DNA from: Hormiphora californensis | Taxonomy: Eukaryota > Animalia > Ctenophora | Assembly (NCBI GenBank): GCA_020137815.1 | Contig: CM035355.1 | Location: 496,001 to 560,000, forward strand | Length of the DNA: 64,000 nucleotides | Reading direction: 5' to 3' | Shown here: positions 39,311-52,430 of the stretch, piece by piece | Layout: each line of letters begins with the position of its first letter | How positions within the stretch are numbered: the stretch's first letter is position 1 | The notes under the pieces: model-generated | Told to the model about the DNA's origin: nothing | The model's database searches: none | What the model saw: only the letters and a program-made list of their open reading frames with translations | Made by a program: the position numbers and the translations under genes

Positions 39311-42300
39311 TGGTGTTATTTTCATCAAAATATTTGATATTGCGATAAACAAAACACCGTCTGGAAAAACAACTTGAGAAAAAGGAGGGGTCTAGACATC
39401 ACGGGACATGTGTCAACACGAAGGCAAAGGGAAGGCAGGGAAATATATCAGCCGATGATTGTGTTTATTACAGAAGGGATCTTATTTCACTATATTTAAC
39501 GCTGTGATCACGCAGAGACACATTCCAATGCAGATATTTGACACGATCAGCAGATAAACGCCCGATCCTGCTTAATAATAAACCCATCAAATAAAGTTAA
39601 ACAGTACAGTTCGCCCAATAACAACTGGGTACTGATCGGTGTGTTTAAATGTAGAGGCACTAGCCGCATTATATAGTGTACAGATCATAATCACCCAGCC
39701 AGTACTGTCTAGAAACTATGATCACCATCAAATTGTCTTGAGTAGCGCCTCTTTGAGATCAAATAGCTATTAATTTTAGTAGATTGTATACTTATCTCAG
39801 ATAAAGCCAAAAAAGGTCTGAGTAGAAAGAAGCGAGTGCCTGATTTAGCACTGCAATGCGACTGCTGCATACGTAAATCAAATGCGTCAAGAAAACACAA
39901 CAGTGTGCGAGATAAGATGGGGCTAAAGTCATTCCGACAGATAAACGAGAGGATCACATCCGTTGAACCCCAGTGATCTATCATTCTGGTTCTGCAAGGA
40001 GAGGAAACCCTTAGCAGAATAGCAGCTGTTATATGGACAGGGAATTACAACACACAGCGAGCGAAAAGCTCTGGATGTCTCTCAGCAACCACTCAGATGC
40101 ACTATCTCTCTCACTATTTCTCACTATTCCATAACAACCCAGGTGCTCCAGGGCTCAAATTTCTCTGGAGAGATGAAGAAAATGAAGACTGATGAGAAAT
40201 AGAGGGAAGGAGAGAGTGAGAATAAGGGAAGATAGAAAGGAAGAGATAGAACGTTTGAAGCACGTGACTGAAAACAACCAATGAAAATCATTGGCACCAC
40301 TGAACTCAATCACCAGATTCAGTGCAGTGGAAAACTAGACAAAGGATCATTGGGAGGATTGAACATTTTCACGAAATGATTTGACTTTTGATTCTGAAGA
40401 GTTGGTTCAAACAGTAGTCAGTACCAATCTTCTTGAACTGAACCGTTCGTCCTGTTTTTTAGCAAATCAGGATTGCAGTACGAACAGTTCAATTTATACG
40501 GTGTCTGTAGAATTCACCTGCAAATGATACGGCTTGGTCGGTATTCGAGGGCCTTGGACAGGGACACGGAAAACATGACTCAAAGTAAGAGAAATGATAA
40601 AGCGACGGATGGGATTGACGTCACCATCACATGGCACCCCCTCCACACCCCCACAACGATGGGGGTTGGATTACCCAGATAAAATTCCAAGAGAATGAGC
40701 TCAAAATCATGCAACACAAGAACAAAGCCCCGGCCCTGATAACAGAAGGCTGGTGTAAATTCCTCAGTCGTCTGATCCTCTTAATTTGACATCGGAAACC
40801 AATTTAAGGATCATAGCCACACACTGATCAAGTTTTGTACTACAACATACTATGGAATGTATTACCCGGAATTCTCTGACTCCAACACACACCTCTTATG
40901 TAGCTCTAAGTAGCTTGTAGGGGAGGTGACAACAACAACGAGAGGAATGCAATACCTGGATTCCTTTCAACAACAACTTTCTCAGCAAGACTCCTACCGC
41001 CAGCTAGCATGAGCTTTCTGTAAAGAGATGCAGAGTCTCGGAGGTAACTACTATAATACGCTTACCTGGAAAAACGCCAGATTTCAACCGAACTAACACT
41101 ATTCCGAGAAGCTTAAATCTAGATCAAAGAACCACTGGTACAAAACCAATTTGGACATGCCAGGGCATGCCAGGGCCTACGAAATCTGATCTGCATCTAG
41201 GGACTCGCAAATCTATAAAGGAATATCTATAACCGAATGAAATTACGTTAAGGTGGGACACTGGGAGCAAGGACCTGGGTTATAAAAACAGAATGTCAGG
41301 TGATCTCACCTCCTTGGCATTCCTGAACATCAAGAGAATGTCCAAACAAAGATCCGTCCTGTATCACGTTATATATATAGCGAGCTTTCTCCCACAGAAG
41401 ACAAATTATCGGATAATTACTGAAGCTTGCTAGTGAAAGCCTAGTGCGTGAGAAAAAAATAGCACACACCTCCGAAGTCGGATCCGAGTGTTTTGGAGAC
41501 AGTTCAAGTTTGTAGTGTGTCTGGGATCTTCTTCCTGAGAGGAGGGCCCAGAAGCGGGATCAGGAGTGCCAACCATAGCTCTGATGATCAATATAAAGAG
41601 ATTTCTCAGTGAAGCAAAGTAATTCGAGCAGAGTTACTGGAATGACAGAAATGCAGGAAACGATGATAGAACTGAGTTCTGAGTACAACAAAAGCTTTCC
41701 TACTCCGGGAAATAGTTTAAATAGTTTTGTCACTGCTTTGAGTAGGAGAAACTTCAAAGAAGCACACTTCAAGGATCCGAGGACTTCTTTGGATGTTCAT
41801 TTGGCCCGAAACAACCTGGATCTTAGATCATTGAATCACGAGGGTTACCATTGGGTTCATTGTTTAACCGCTCCGTATCCCATGAGGAGCTGTTTTAAAA
41901 CCAGTACACACACCATGAGAGAGGGAGAGAGAGAGAGATAGGGAGATAGAAAGAGAGAGAAAGATAGATAAAATGAGTGCTCTCAGCAAGGATGACTATA
42001 TTACGAAGAGCTGTTAAAATTGGACGCATGTTAAACCTTCAATTGCTTGATTGAGAGTGGCACCAGAGAGATGGGATTGTTCTCATACAGCTACACAGCT
42101 GTAGCAGCTCAGGATCGATACACGTCTGACAATTATATGATGAGACCTACTGTACCACTGTTATCCGAAGGTCACAGCGAGGGGGCTGACTCCAGAAGGT
42201 ATTATGCAAATAACAACTGATCGATTATATGATGTGAACCAATGAGATGATCAGAACCACAAATTGCAATGATCATATTGTAATATTGCATCTTATTATA

Positions 42301-43563
42301 TTGCTTTCCTAGCTCAGAAAATATCATAGAAATGCTATAAACCAGTACATACTTGTGTCCAGTAAAACGAAGACCCACGCGACGCTTGACGAAAGAGCTC
42401 AAGAGATAGTTATAATTAACGAACACACCGCCGACTGACTCTGTGTGAGTAGCGCTGTAAATCTAAATTAAGAATGCATTTCCGGGATACAGAAGGTCGA
42501 TACAAACAACTCCACCCTTCTATAACATTTTGCCAAAAACTAATGAAGATTCTTTTATATCGGTACCAGGACATAGAGATCATGACATAAAACCAGCCAA
42601 CTTCATGAGTGCGCAAAATGATAATTATTAGCTCGGTATCTCTGGAACTATCCCAGCGCTTACATCATCTAATTAATGAGAAATGATAGTCAGATATAAT
42701 TATATAACTACCGTCTCTCCGAAGCGGTACTCTTTTTACACTGTTACATAGATTCATGAGTTCACCAGTTTTCCGAAATAAGAATAAGGACATGGCATTT
42801 ATTTATGGTTCGGAAAATCAACCAAATTCAGTTTGCCAGCTGCTTTGTTCAAAGATTTCAGTAAATCGTAATTTTTCCAAGAATTGGAAATAAAGATCTG
42901 GAGACTGGTATTCCTTATGCCGGACTTCGGAGAGCAGTGTCAGTAGTAGTGGGTGTGTATGTTAAACATATAGTGCCAATGACGTCAAAGAATATCAATA
43001 CGGAAACCCCTCCGAGATAGAGAGAGAAATAGAGGGAGAGAGAGAGAGAGAGAGAGAGTGAGAGAGAGAGTGAGAGAGAGTAAGAGAGAGAGAGAGAGAG
43101 AGGAGAATATACTAGGTTGAAAGGTTTCTTGACGCTGGAAGTTCAAAAGTGTTGAAATCACTCCTGAACTGTCTGCAACTCCTCCAGGAAGAATGCTCTG
43201 AGTTCGAGATCTGACTTTTGAGTAACATCCAGATCAGGGGGATCAAGAGACCCGGTAGGCATACCCCTTTCTGATGATCAGGAGGATCAAGAAAACATTA
43301 GGAAACATTGCTCTTATGAAGACAGATCTGGCAAATAATACCTTAATTAATCCTTGCTGGATCGAAAGAGGTAATGAATGTAGTCACATTGTAGTGGCAA
43401 GGCCAAGAGATTGATATAAAATAAGGCAAACAATATTCAAGTTCACTTCACGAATATTCCACTGATACCGGAATTCAGTGATAAAATACTAAAAATCCAT
43501 TGGTCTAGATAGGTTTATCTATAAAAAGAAACAGGAGAATGGGAGATAGTGGGCAATATATAG
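39311..43563 (+). pseudogene. Decayed endogenous Mononegavirales-like L (RdRp/capping/MTase) gene
   Basis: Degenerate motifs in L-protein order across shifting frames: ISADDCVYY..ADK (39445), IKPKK..TAMRLL (39801), QMRQENT (39879), EKLWM (40063), ENNQ (40270), LYG..RYSR (40494), TPTTMG (40647), DPLNL (40774), HEL..FNRTNTI (41008), WTC..HAR..LRN (41152), GSK (41263), SANH (41565), LLSEGH (42158), KETGEWEIVG (43525). Confidence 0.6.
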
Positions 43564-44810
43564 CAGAAACTTGAGAAGGAGAAATAAAACTAATATATTG
43601 ACCCAAACTTGGGTCTGAGTAGGTTGAGCCGGGTTGTCAGTGTGTTAATGCACACAATAACAGTCCGAGCTGGTACCGCCAGATGGTCAAATATTGTGGT
43701 CTAGACAAATGATTCGTTTAGTGTGTGCCTTCAATTCTTCCTTACATCATCTGTAGTGTTCAGCTGATATTATACCCGATATAATATTGTAGCACACTGA
43801 TAAAACTACTGATATTAGAACATGATGCAGTTCGGGTTACATAACGGACGAAAGTATTTACTTTTGACTTCCCACCCCCTTTAGTATATATGCTTTATTG
43901 GTGAACCCTACAAAGTGACATAACAATTTTTAAACTCTAGGCTTCCCTTCCAGACCAGGAAAGCTATGTTTTACATTTCCCAACATTATATTTATTCTCC
44001 AGTTCACTTTCCTAGAAAGGGCCCGCACCTGGCTCTCATGAGTCACCTAACTATTCCTAGAATTGTAATGATCCTTCTAGAATAACATTTCCTTAACTAT
44101 TTTAGGAGCCCGTCTCTCATCTAAGTGGGCCTAACTAAAACGGCATATATTCCGCATAATGTAGCCATACCTCATTTTCAGGAATAGCGACCACTTTCAT
44201 GTGATTCGCAGAACAAGCACATCAATCAGAGAAAGAAGCAAGTACAGAGCCTGTAATCTCAAGGGATCTATATCCGGCGATATATAATAGTGAGGGTGGG
44301 GCCCTAATACGCCTCTGTAATGACCTAGGGAGGGGCAATATATATCTAGTGCCTAGTAATAGAGGTGGGTGTTACTAGTCAGTAATTGCATTCGGTCAAC
44401 TATGGGTATACCAAGGCAGCAGTTCAATGTTGGAGAGAGGGAGATTATAAGGGAGAAGAGAGTGAGAGAATGATATCGTAACTTGTTGGCGAAAACGAGG
44501 GCAAACAATTACCATTGTCAATATTGTCAAACGAGGCGGCACAGTGCCCGACCGTAATTTATAACTTATTGTAAACTCATCTTTTGGCACTATCTACTAA
44601 ACTAACTACATAATTTCCCTCTCTTCCAATTGAGCCCCCCCCCTTTCCCTTTCTTCCAATTTTCTGTTTCGCCTCAGACTGAGCTGAGCCTCTCAGTACA
44701 CTTTGAATCTCGTGTCATCACACCAGGGGTAAGAAAGCGTGAAAGATGTGGTACAGTGTACACAACTATCCTGAATATCCAATATTATGAAATTGCATTT
44801 TGAAAACTTA

Positions 44811-45298
44811 CTGAATGAAATGAGAGAAGAACTCAGGGTCATAGTTATAATTAGTAGGTAGGGAGCGTGGTCTGTCAGAAGCCGAGGAATCATGTCGATC
44901 CCTTCGATAAGCCAAAGCTGTAACTGGTGCTGTTCTAGGACCTGTTATACTGTTGGTAAACTCAGAGAGAGGGTCTGTCCGTTCGTTTGTCTGTCCGTCT
45001 GTCTCGTCATTGTCATCAGTTGTTTCAGAGCTAGTGCTGACTAATCTCACCCTCCATGTGGAATATCGGGGGCGACGGACGCGATGGTCCCTGGTATGTC
45101 GTCCACCATGGCTTGCTACTGGTGCTTTTCTTGTCTGTCTTGTACTGCCCTTTCTTGTCTGTTTTGGACTTGCCCTTTCTTTTCTGTTTTGGACTGTGAT
45201 CCTGAGTCTTTATAACTCTTTGTTTGTCGTTTCTTGTCAGTTTTCCGGTCTCCTCTGTCACTACTACTTGGTCTATCTCTGGTCTGTCTACTGCTCAT
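44811..45298 (-). pseudogene. Low-complexity K/S/T/D-rich exon with two frameshifts, product unknown
   Basis: Acceptor near 45314, ATG at 45298, SKT(E/D)KKGQ repeats, donor GTAAGT at 44810. Three consecutive ORF pieces need two frame changes to join. Confidence 0.35.
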
Positions 45299-45380
45299 AG
45301 TGAAAATAAATACCTGAGAGGATAGGGAATCAGCAAATATTGTCAGCAAATGAAAGGGATAGAGAGAGAGGGAGAGATAA

Positions 45381-45454
<74 letters not shown>

Positions 45455-45629
45455 GATAGAGAGAGAGATAGAAAGGGAGGAATCAGTGACAGACTCTGTG
45501 TGAGTGAGTGAGTGAGTGGAGCACAAAATTGGATGGTAACCATGGCAACCATCTCCCTGCTGATGCTGTTTGGAATGTGCATGGAGACCTCCCACACCCA
45601 CCTGGCATAGGCTACCTCACACTAATTGT

Positions 45630-46825
45630 TATACCCCTACCCGACATGTTTTTTTTGCCTTATTTTACCGGGAAAAGAAGATAAAGCACAATTTAGGTGC
45701 CGGCAGGCACCTCCGACCCGAAGAAAACAGCAAAAAACGAAAAAAAGAAAAAAATTTTTTTGCCCCTGCACAAAAACCCAAAAATGCCGGCCCTATTAAG
45801 AACAAAGAAAGGTCTTTTTTGGGGGGGGGGGGGGGGGGGGGGGGCAAAAAACATGTCAACGATTGTGGCCACACCGTTTGAGATATCGACTTGAAATTTT
45901 GTACGCATGTTCTTGTAGTATTCCTTTGTGTCATGACGTTGGCGGATTTTTGAATTTTTAATTAATTAATTAATTATAGGTAATTAAAAACGGTGCAAGG
46001 GCACCGTGCCCCTGCACATTGCGTGTTATGTCCCTTGCACCGCGCCCTTGCACCAAATTCTATTTTCCGTTCTGCTTAAAATATCGACTCGAAACTTTGT
46101 AGGAATGTTCTTCATGCATAAAACATATAATATAATCTACAGAAAGTGGGAATAGTCAAAATTAATTAATTAATTACTTAGAGATTAATTTTGGGGTGGC
46201 CCCTGCACAATTTTGGCAAATTTGATATTCAAACTTTGAGCCTTTGTGAAAGTAATGAAAATTATTTATTTCAGGTTATGATGAACAATAAGCTATAAAA
46301 ATGCCCCTTTTTGTTACACAAGCCTGTGCTTGGTATCGAAGACACCTCAAGTGACACACTCTGTCGCCGGGCGACCTTCGCGTGCACACGCTGGCAAGGG
46401 GTAACTTCGTAACCAAAGCCTGTGCATTGTGCATATAATAATGAAATGGATAAATTTTCATCCAGTTGCTGGCGATAGAACTCGATAGAGTTCGATTGAT
46501 TTACCATGACAACGGAGTTGGTTACCATACTAACCAGAGAATTCGTTGTAAAATAGTCCTTTCTTGCTATAAACTCGGCCTTTAGATAGAAAATTGATTT
46601 TATTCTACTCGCACTAATGCAAGGGCATTTCACAGTTTGGTGCCGTTATTTTTGTCTCTATTTTTAATAGGATTTTGGGATTAGACTGAAAGTATGGGAT
46701 CATTTGAGAAGTAGTGAAGATTTGAAAATGTTAGCAACTTGCCGGTTCGACAAACTAAACCCATATGATTTCAACTTCGGGTCGGACGAGGGGAAGCTTG
46801 CCTTTTGCGAACATATTACTTGAGT
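45630..46825 (+). mobile_element. Helentron-associated (HINE/DINE-1-like) non-autonomous element
   Basis: Starts TT-ATACCCCTACCCGAC. An inverted partner GTCGGACGAGGGG lies near 46782, about 30 nt before a CTTG..TT end. Internal GATATCGACTTGAAATTTTGT and AATATCGACTCGAAACTTTGT cores. Confidence 0.45.
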
Positions 46826-46980
46826 TCATGAGAATAAGAAATGTAAAAGTGACCGGTGCTCAGAGCTCTGTAAAGATAGTGACCGGCGCTCTAGAGATAG
46901 AGGTCGTGGCGTTGCATGCTACATTCCAATCTAATAACCTGACCATGTGGGTATAGGAATGTGTATAATATGTGACGTTA

Positions 46981-47040
<60 letters not shown>

Positions 47041-47640
47041 GAAAGATAGATAGAGATGATGAAGCTGGCAGGCTATCCAATCAACCCAAGATGATCAGCT
47101 TCCCTGTAACCCACAGACAAACAAAGAGACAGGTCAATGTTTATTACACTTCTCTCCCCTACTCAACACCAACATTGTGATCTGACAACAATACTAGCAC
47201 CAACACCACACCTAGTTCTGTGTGTAGTTCCTTAATGAGTGTGTGTGTGTCCATTATAAACTAGCCCCGGATGTACATAAAGTGTGAGTGAGTTAGGAGA
47301 TGGTGTGAGATGAGTGGGGAGGAGCTAGGAAGGGATGGAATCAATGAGTGAAATGACTACCACTCAATCGGAATTATTAAGTGCTCTTCCGTCTTTCTAA
47401 TGTGGTTCAGTATCTTCTTCAACTTACCAAAAAGCCCCAAATGACAAAATCAGCGCACCTGCCTATGTGTGTGGTGATCACTTTAACAAAACCAATTACT
47501 CAATGCAATCTATCACAACATAAACATAACAACCGAAACAAATAGCGAAGTGCCTCCTTAGTTGTGTGTGTGTGCGATGAGTTAAAATGGCTTTTGTCAT
47601 TGGCAGGTCACGTGGGCATAGAGAAAAAGATAGAGAGATG

Positions 47641-47686
<46 letters not shown>

Positions 47687-49082
47687 TACATGGTAATGTA
47701 TCACACGGTAAATTTTGTGTGGTAACAAACCACGTGTATGTGTGCTTGTATAAACCTACTGTACAACTACTACCAGAACAATGGTGTGTCCTATTTGTGA
47801 CCCAGCGTGTATAATACATGATAAACTAATATTAGAAAAATTAGGTTTTGTTCTAACATGGTTTGTCGGTTGGCTGACTGCTGCTGTACACTGCGGGCCG
47901 CTGTATCACGTGTGTTCGTATATATTGCGTGCACCTTTGTCAAAGCGATGGAGAGGATATTAGTTGAGAAGGGACAGATTGTATACTTCAATGTTGTCAT
48001 GACGTGTACAAACAACTTTCATACGCCGCTGGGCGTGTCCTTGACATCCTATTCCTGACTAATCTTTTCCTTTTTACAGTGGCCAGTCTTTGGTCTTATT
48101 CCAGTGCCTAGTCTATAATCCCCTCCCTTTCTTGCACCAGACTACTGACCTGCAGATCCGGCTCTCCAGGGGAGGGGGAGATAATCTGTTATTGCACCTG
48201 TCTTTATCAACCATCTTTGCAGCGAGAGGATGAGAGAGAGAGAGAGAGGGGGGGAGAGAGAGAGAGAGGGAGAGAGAGAGAGAGAGAGAGACGAGAGAGA
48301 GAGAGAGAGGAGAGATCTCTCTCTGTTCTCGCTCTCGGCTCTCTTCTCTCTTCTCCTCTAGCTTCCGGCTCTCTCGCTCGATCTCGCCTCTCCTCTCTCG
48401 CTCTCTCTCGCTCGCTTCGCGCTCGCTCTCTCCTCGCTCTAGCTCTTCTCATCTCTCTCTCGCTCTCTCTCTCGCTACTCTCTATCTACCTCTAATTCTA
48501 ATCCTCATTACTTACTCCCTAGGTTGCATCACCTCTCTCTCTCCCTCCACTCCCTAGCTTGATCTCGCAGCTCAGTAAGCCCATCTTTGCATAATTATTG
48601 CACAACCAACAAGAGAGGGAGGATATGAATGCATAAATGGTCAGATAGGGAGAGATACAGTGTGAGAAAAACGGTGCCACGTACATCTGGATAGGGCCGA
48701 AACTTGCAAATTTGAAATTTCAAAAAAAATCCAGGTCTAAGTTCTGCAGAGTAGCATGAAGCTATGCATTTTCCGCCTCTCAAGTCTAAACCCACTGTCT
48801 AGATTCATGTTAGCCTACAATTCTATATAAAACTCCCCCCAACTTTCCAACTATGGAATGACACTAGCGAACACAGACGAACTGACGTGCACGTGAGGGA
48901 GAGACATAGAAGAACTGGAGGGAGAGAAATGGAGGAAGAGAAGAGTAGGACAGTGAGGGAGAGAGACTTCAAAGATAGAGTGAGACAGAGGGCGGGGAAG
49001 AGTATGTTAGAGGGAGAGCATGCAAGACCACGTGATAGCCATTACAACAGGCTAATCGTTCTGTGTACATTCCTTCTCTCTA

Positions 49083-49114
<32 letters not shown>

Positions 49115-49717
49115 CCATTGAGTGTAAGCCAATGTATACACTGCCTCATGAAATGTATACCACACATGATGACACATCATGATGTCGAAGCCCCCTCATC
49201 ACCCCAAAATGTACATGCAATTGTTCGGTAAAAAGGGGGTTGTACAAGACGGTAAGACGTGAGAAAAGGGCTAAGGGCCAGGGTTCCACAGTGGTGCGAG
49301 TGTTCTAGAGGGCGAGATATAAGGAGGGAGGTGAGATAGTGGTGTGAATGTATAACAATGGTGCAGTGTTGACAGGAGCCCCCTATTGGTGAGAGACTGT
49401 GTGGCGCTCCTATTACTTAGGTTTCTCGTATAAACTACATCCCCTTGACCCAACAACTAACTGAACTTGTCACATTTCCTTTCTGCTCTCAACCACATGA
49501 ACATTTTACCTAAACCAACATTATCTCATAAAACCATTCCTCCGAGCTCCGAGCAGGAGTTGAAGTGCGGAAAAGCTTGTTATATATTCTACTGCTGGGT
49601 GTGGCAGCACTACAATCTGTACGAATTATCGTCTCGCCAAGTGTTCCTGTCAACTTATCAGAAGTGATATCTCTCCACACCTGTATCTCTCTGTCTCTCT
49701 CTTTCTTACTCTGTGTC

Positions 49718-49785
<68 letters not shown>

Positions 49786-49940
49786 TCTCTCACTCCCTAG
49801 GTGTGGCTATACTGTGCATGAGAGCAGTATAATACATGTGTGCTTTGCAGCGGCTAGTTTTAGATGTTATACAAGTGCTGCACCACTCAAATAGAGAATA
49901 CAAGAAGGGAGAACAGGAGTTATTGTGCTACCAAGGGAAC

Positions 49941-51522
49941 CACTTCACTTCACTTCTCACTTCTTCACTTCACTTCTCACTTCTCACATATCACTTTCAC
50001 TTCTCACATATCACTTATCAGTTTCGTCACTTCTCACATATCACTTATCAGTTTCGTCACTTCTCACATATCACTTATCAGTTTCGTTTAAACACTTCTC
50101 ACATATCACTTATCAGTTTCGTTTAAAAAGCTCGCTCCTGATAGTTTTTGATCTTGCACCGTTGTACACGCGAACGAGCATGGCCTCCAAGTTGGATCGT
50201 GCCTTCACTATCTGGCGGAATGGCGGCCCGGGCAACAGAGCTACTACTGCTGATTACAGCCGGCTGGAGATGTCCATCGTATCTACCTTGAGACGAGTCG
50301 GCGGGTACCCTGACCCTAACAAGGAAGGTGCCACGTTTGACCCGAACAAGCTGACCACCACCTATCTCTCTACTCTAGATACCAACAAGAAAGTTAGTTT
50401 TATTTCTGATATGGCGGGCTTGCTTTGGTATCGTGCTCTCCCTCTCAGTCGGTTAGCTAAGAAGAACTTGTCAGATGACATGCGATCGGTTCAGAACAGT
50501 TCTGTGTGTAGCGATGAATCAAAAGAGAAGGTAGAGAAGCTCATGGAGCATCTTGACCACACCCGTGACCGTCTTGACAGTGCTACAGATTTGTTATTAG
50601 AACGTGATTCTAAGATCATTGAACTGCAATCAGAGATCAGTGCCCTGAAAGACTCGATCATATCCATGAAAGATACCATGCTAGAGAAGAGCGTGACCGC
50701 TGTACAGACAGTTGTAAAGGACGAGATTCAGAACTACTCGGCTGTTCTCCAGACAGCTGCTACTGCTGTGAACCAGACCTGCGTATCTGCCCTTGCTCCC
50801 AGCAAACTACGAACAGCGATTGCCAGCGCTTCAGTTGATCGTAGTAACAACCTGATGGTGTATGGTCTGCCAGAGAGTGGTCAGCAAAGTGACAGTACTT
50901 TAGTCAAGGATCTATTTGAACATTTGTCTGAAGCACCAGTGTTATCAGAGGTGGCACGACTTGGTAAGAGAGGTGGTGAGGGAGTGCGGCCAGTACGGGT
51001 GGTGCTGAGGAACAGAGAGATTGCTAGGAATATTTTGGGGAAATCAGCGACGCTGAAGAACTCTGACCAGTATCAGTCAGTGTTTGTTGCACCGGACAGA
51101 TCAGTAGAAGAGAGAGCAGAGAGAAAAGAATTAGTTAGTAAACTGAGAGAGAGAAGAGAAAATGAACCTGATAAAGTGTGGAGGATTAGAAAAGGCTATA
51201 TTGTAGAGAGTGAGACGTGAGAAGTGTTACGAGAGATTAGAGAAATAGAGTTTAATGAGTTTGAGATACGGATTTATGTTATATAATTTTTTCATGGTTT
51301 TCAGTTTTGTAAAGACATAGTGGGGACCAGGGTGGGGTAACAGGTTCAAAGCACACATAAGACCTAACCGTCTTCGTGCTGACGACCCTGTTACGCCACC
51401 CTGAATCCTCACTCAGTTTGGTCTGTGTGGCTGGTTTGCTTCCTATTATATATGATTATTTCGGCGCAATGCCACTGCCAGCGGCAGTTTTGATTGATTT
51501 GATTGATTGATTGATTGATTGA
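49941..51522 (+). mobile_element. Second ORF1-only retroelement with (GATT)n tail
   Basis: 5' UTR of CACTT and 30-bp CACTTCTCACATATCACTTATCAGTTTCGT repeats; ORF1; about 270-nt 3' UTR ending in the hairpin ACTGCC-AGC-GGCAGT and (GATT)n at 51490-51522. No ORF2. Confidence 0.7.
50180..51220 (+). CDS. LINE ORF1p-like protein (coiled coil + RRM + CTD), 346 aa from the first ATG
   Basis: RSNNLMVYGLPE, ARLGKR..VRPVRVVL, VFVAPDRSVEERAERKELV..WRIRKG; homologous to 13240-14202. Confidence 0.8.
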   Translation: MASKLDRAFTIWRNGGPGNRATTADYSRLEMSIVSTLRRVGGYPDPNKEGATFDPNKLTTTYLSTLDTNKKVSFISDMAGLLWYRALPLSRLAKKNLSDDMRSVQNSSVCSDESKEKVEKLMEHLDHTRDRLDSATDLLLERDSKIIELQSEISALKDSIISMKDTMLEKSVTAVQTVVKDEIQNYSAVLQTAATAVNQTCVSALAPSKLRTAIASASVDRSNNLMVYGLPESGQQSDSTLVKDLFEHLSEAPVLSEVARLGKRGGEGVRPVRVVLRNREIARNILGKSATLKNSDQYQSVFVAPDRSVEERAERKELVSKLRERRENEPDKVWRIRKGYIVESET

Positions 51523-52430
51523 CCAATCCCCAGCCACTGTGTTAATTCTAGTGTTGTATTGTTTCTATTCTCATATATCGTAAAACTACCTAAAACTATC
51601 CACATCCACAGCGACAGCATGAACACCTAGCGTGATAGACCCAGCTAAGATCAGCATACATGGTACTAATGTCAGCACACATGGTACAAAGGGGGTTTAC
51701 AACAGGTCACAGTGAGACTTACACAGGACAGGGACGGTGAAGGGACCGGAGGTTATATCGGTTGCTCAGTTCGTGGTCCATATTGCTATTTGCAGAGAGG
51801 TAACGGGGTAGGGTGGTGTGTGTAAATAATATGGAGATACAAATGGAGTGAGATGAGTACAAAATGTGAACAACTAATAAAAAAGAAAATAGAATTATCA
51901 ACCGGGTTGGGCGGTAAAAGCAAATACTTACTGCTGGATCTGGACTTCCTGTTTAATTTCTACCATGTCTTGAAAAATGAGCTACTGCAAAAGATGGTAA
52001 GATTAGGGAAAATCGCTGTGTTGAAATAACAAACTATCAGATAATTTCGAATAACAACTCGTCAAGTCTCTAACTAGTGAGAGCTTTTATAGTAGCCCAC
52101 CAAGTATCGCAAAGCTGCTGTGAGTGAACTTGGTAAACAGTTCACTGTAGACGGAGATGGAGAGAAATGTTGGGAGAATCAGAGAGAGAAAGAGAGAGGG
52201 GGAGAGATAGAAATGTAGACATGTCAACACTGGGAAAACGCTACAGAACGGAAGCGTTAAAACTCAGAAGGCATAGCGAGAGATGACCTAGGAAAGGCTC
52301 CCTATAGACAAGGTAGACAGGTTACTAACTGACAAGGTCTCGTGACGTGGGTGTTCAACCCCCAATAGTGAGCATAATTCAACACAAAGGAAGGGAGTAA
52401 TTGGAATACAAAAGGAAGTCCAACGCCCTT

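Noticed and set aside
51680-51800. RYNLR motif suggesting the end of an LTR-retrotransposon integrase
   Set aside because: No upstream integrase ORF or paired LTRs visible.
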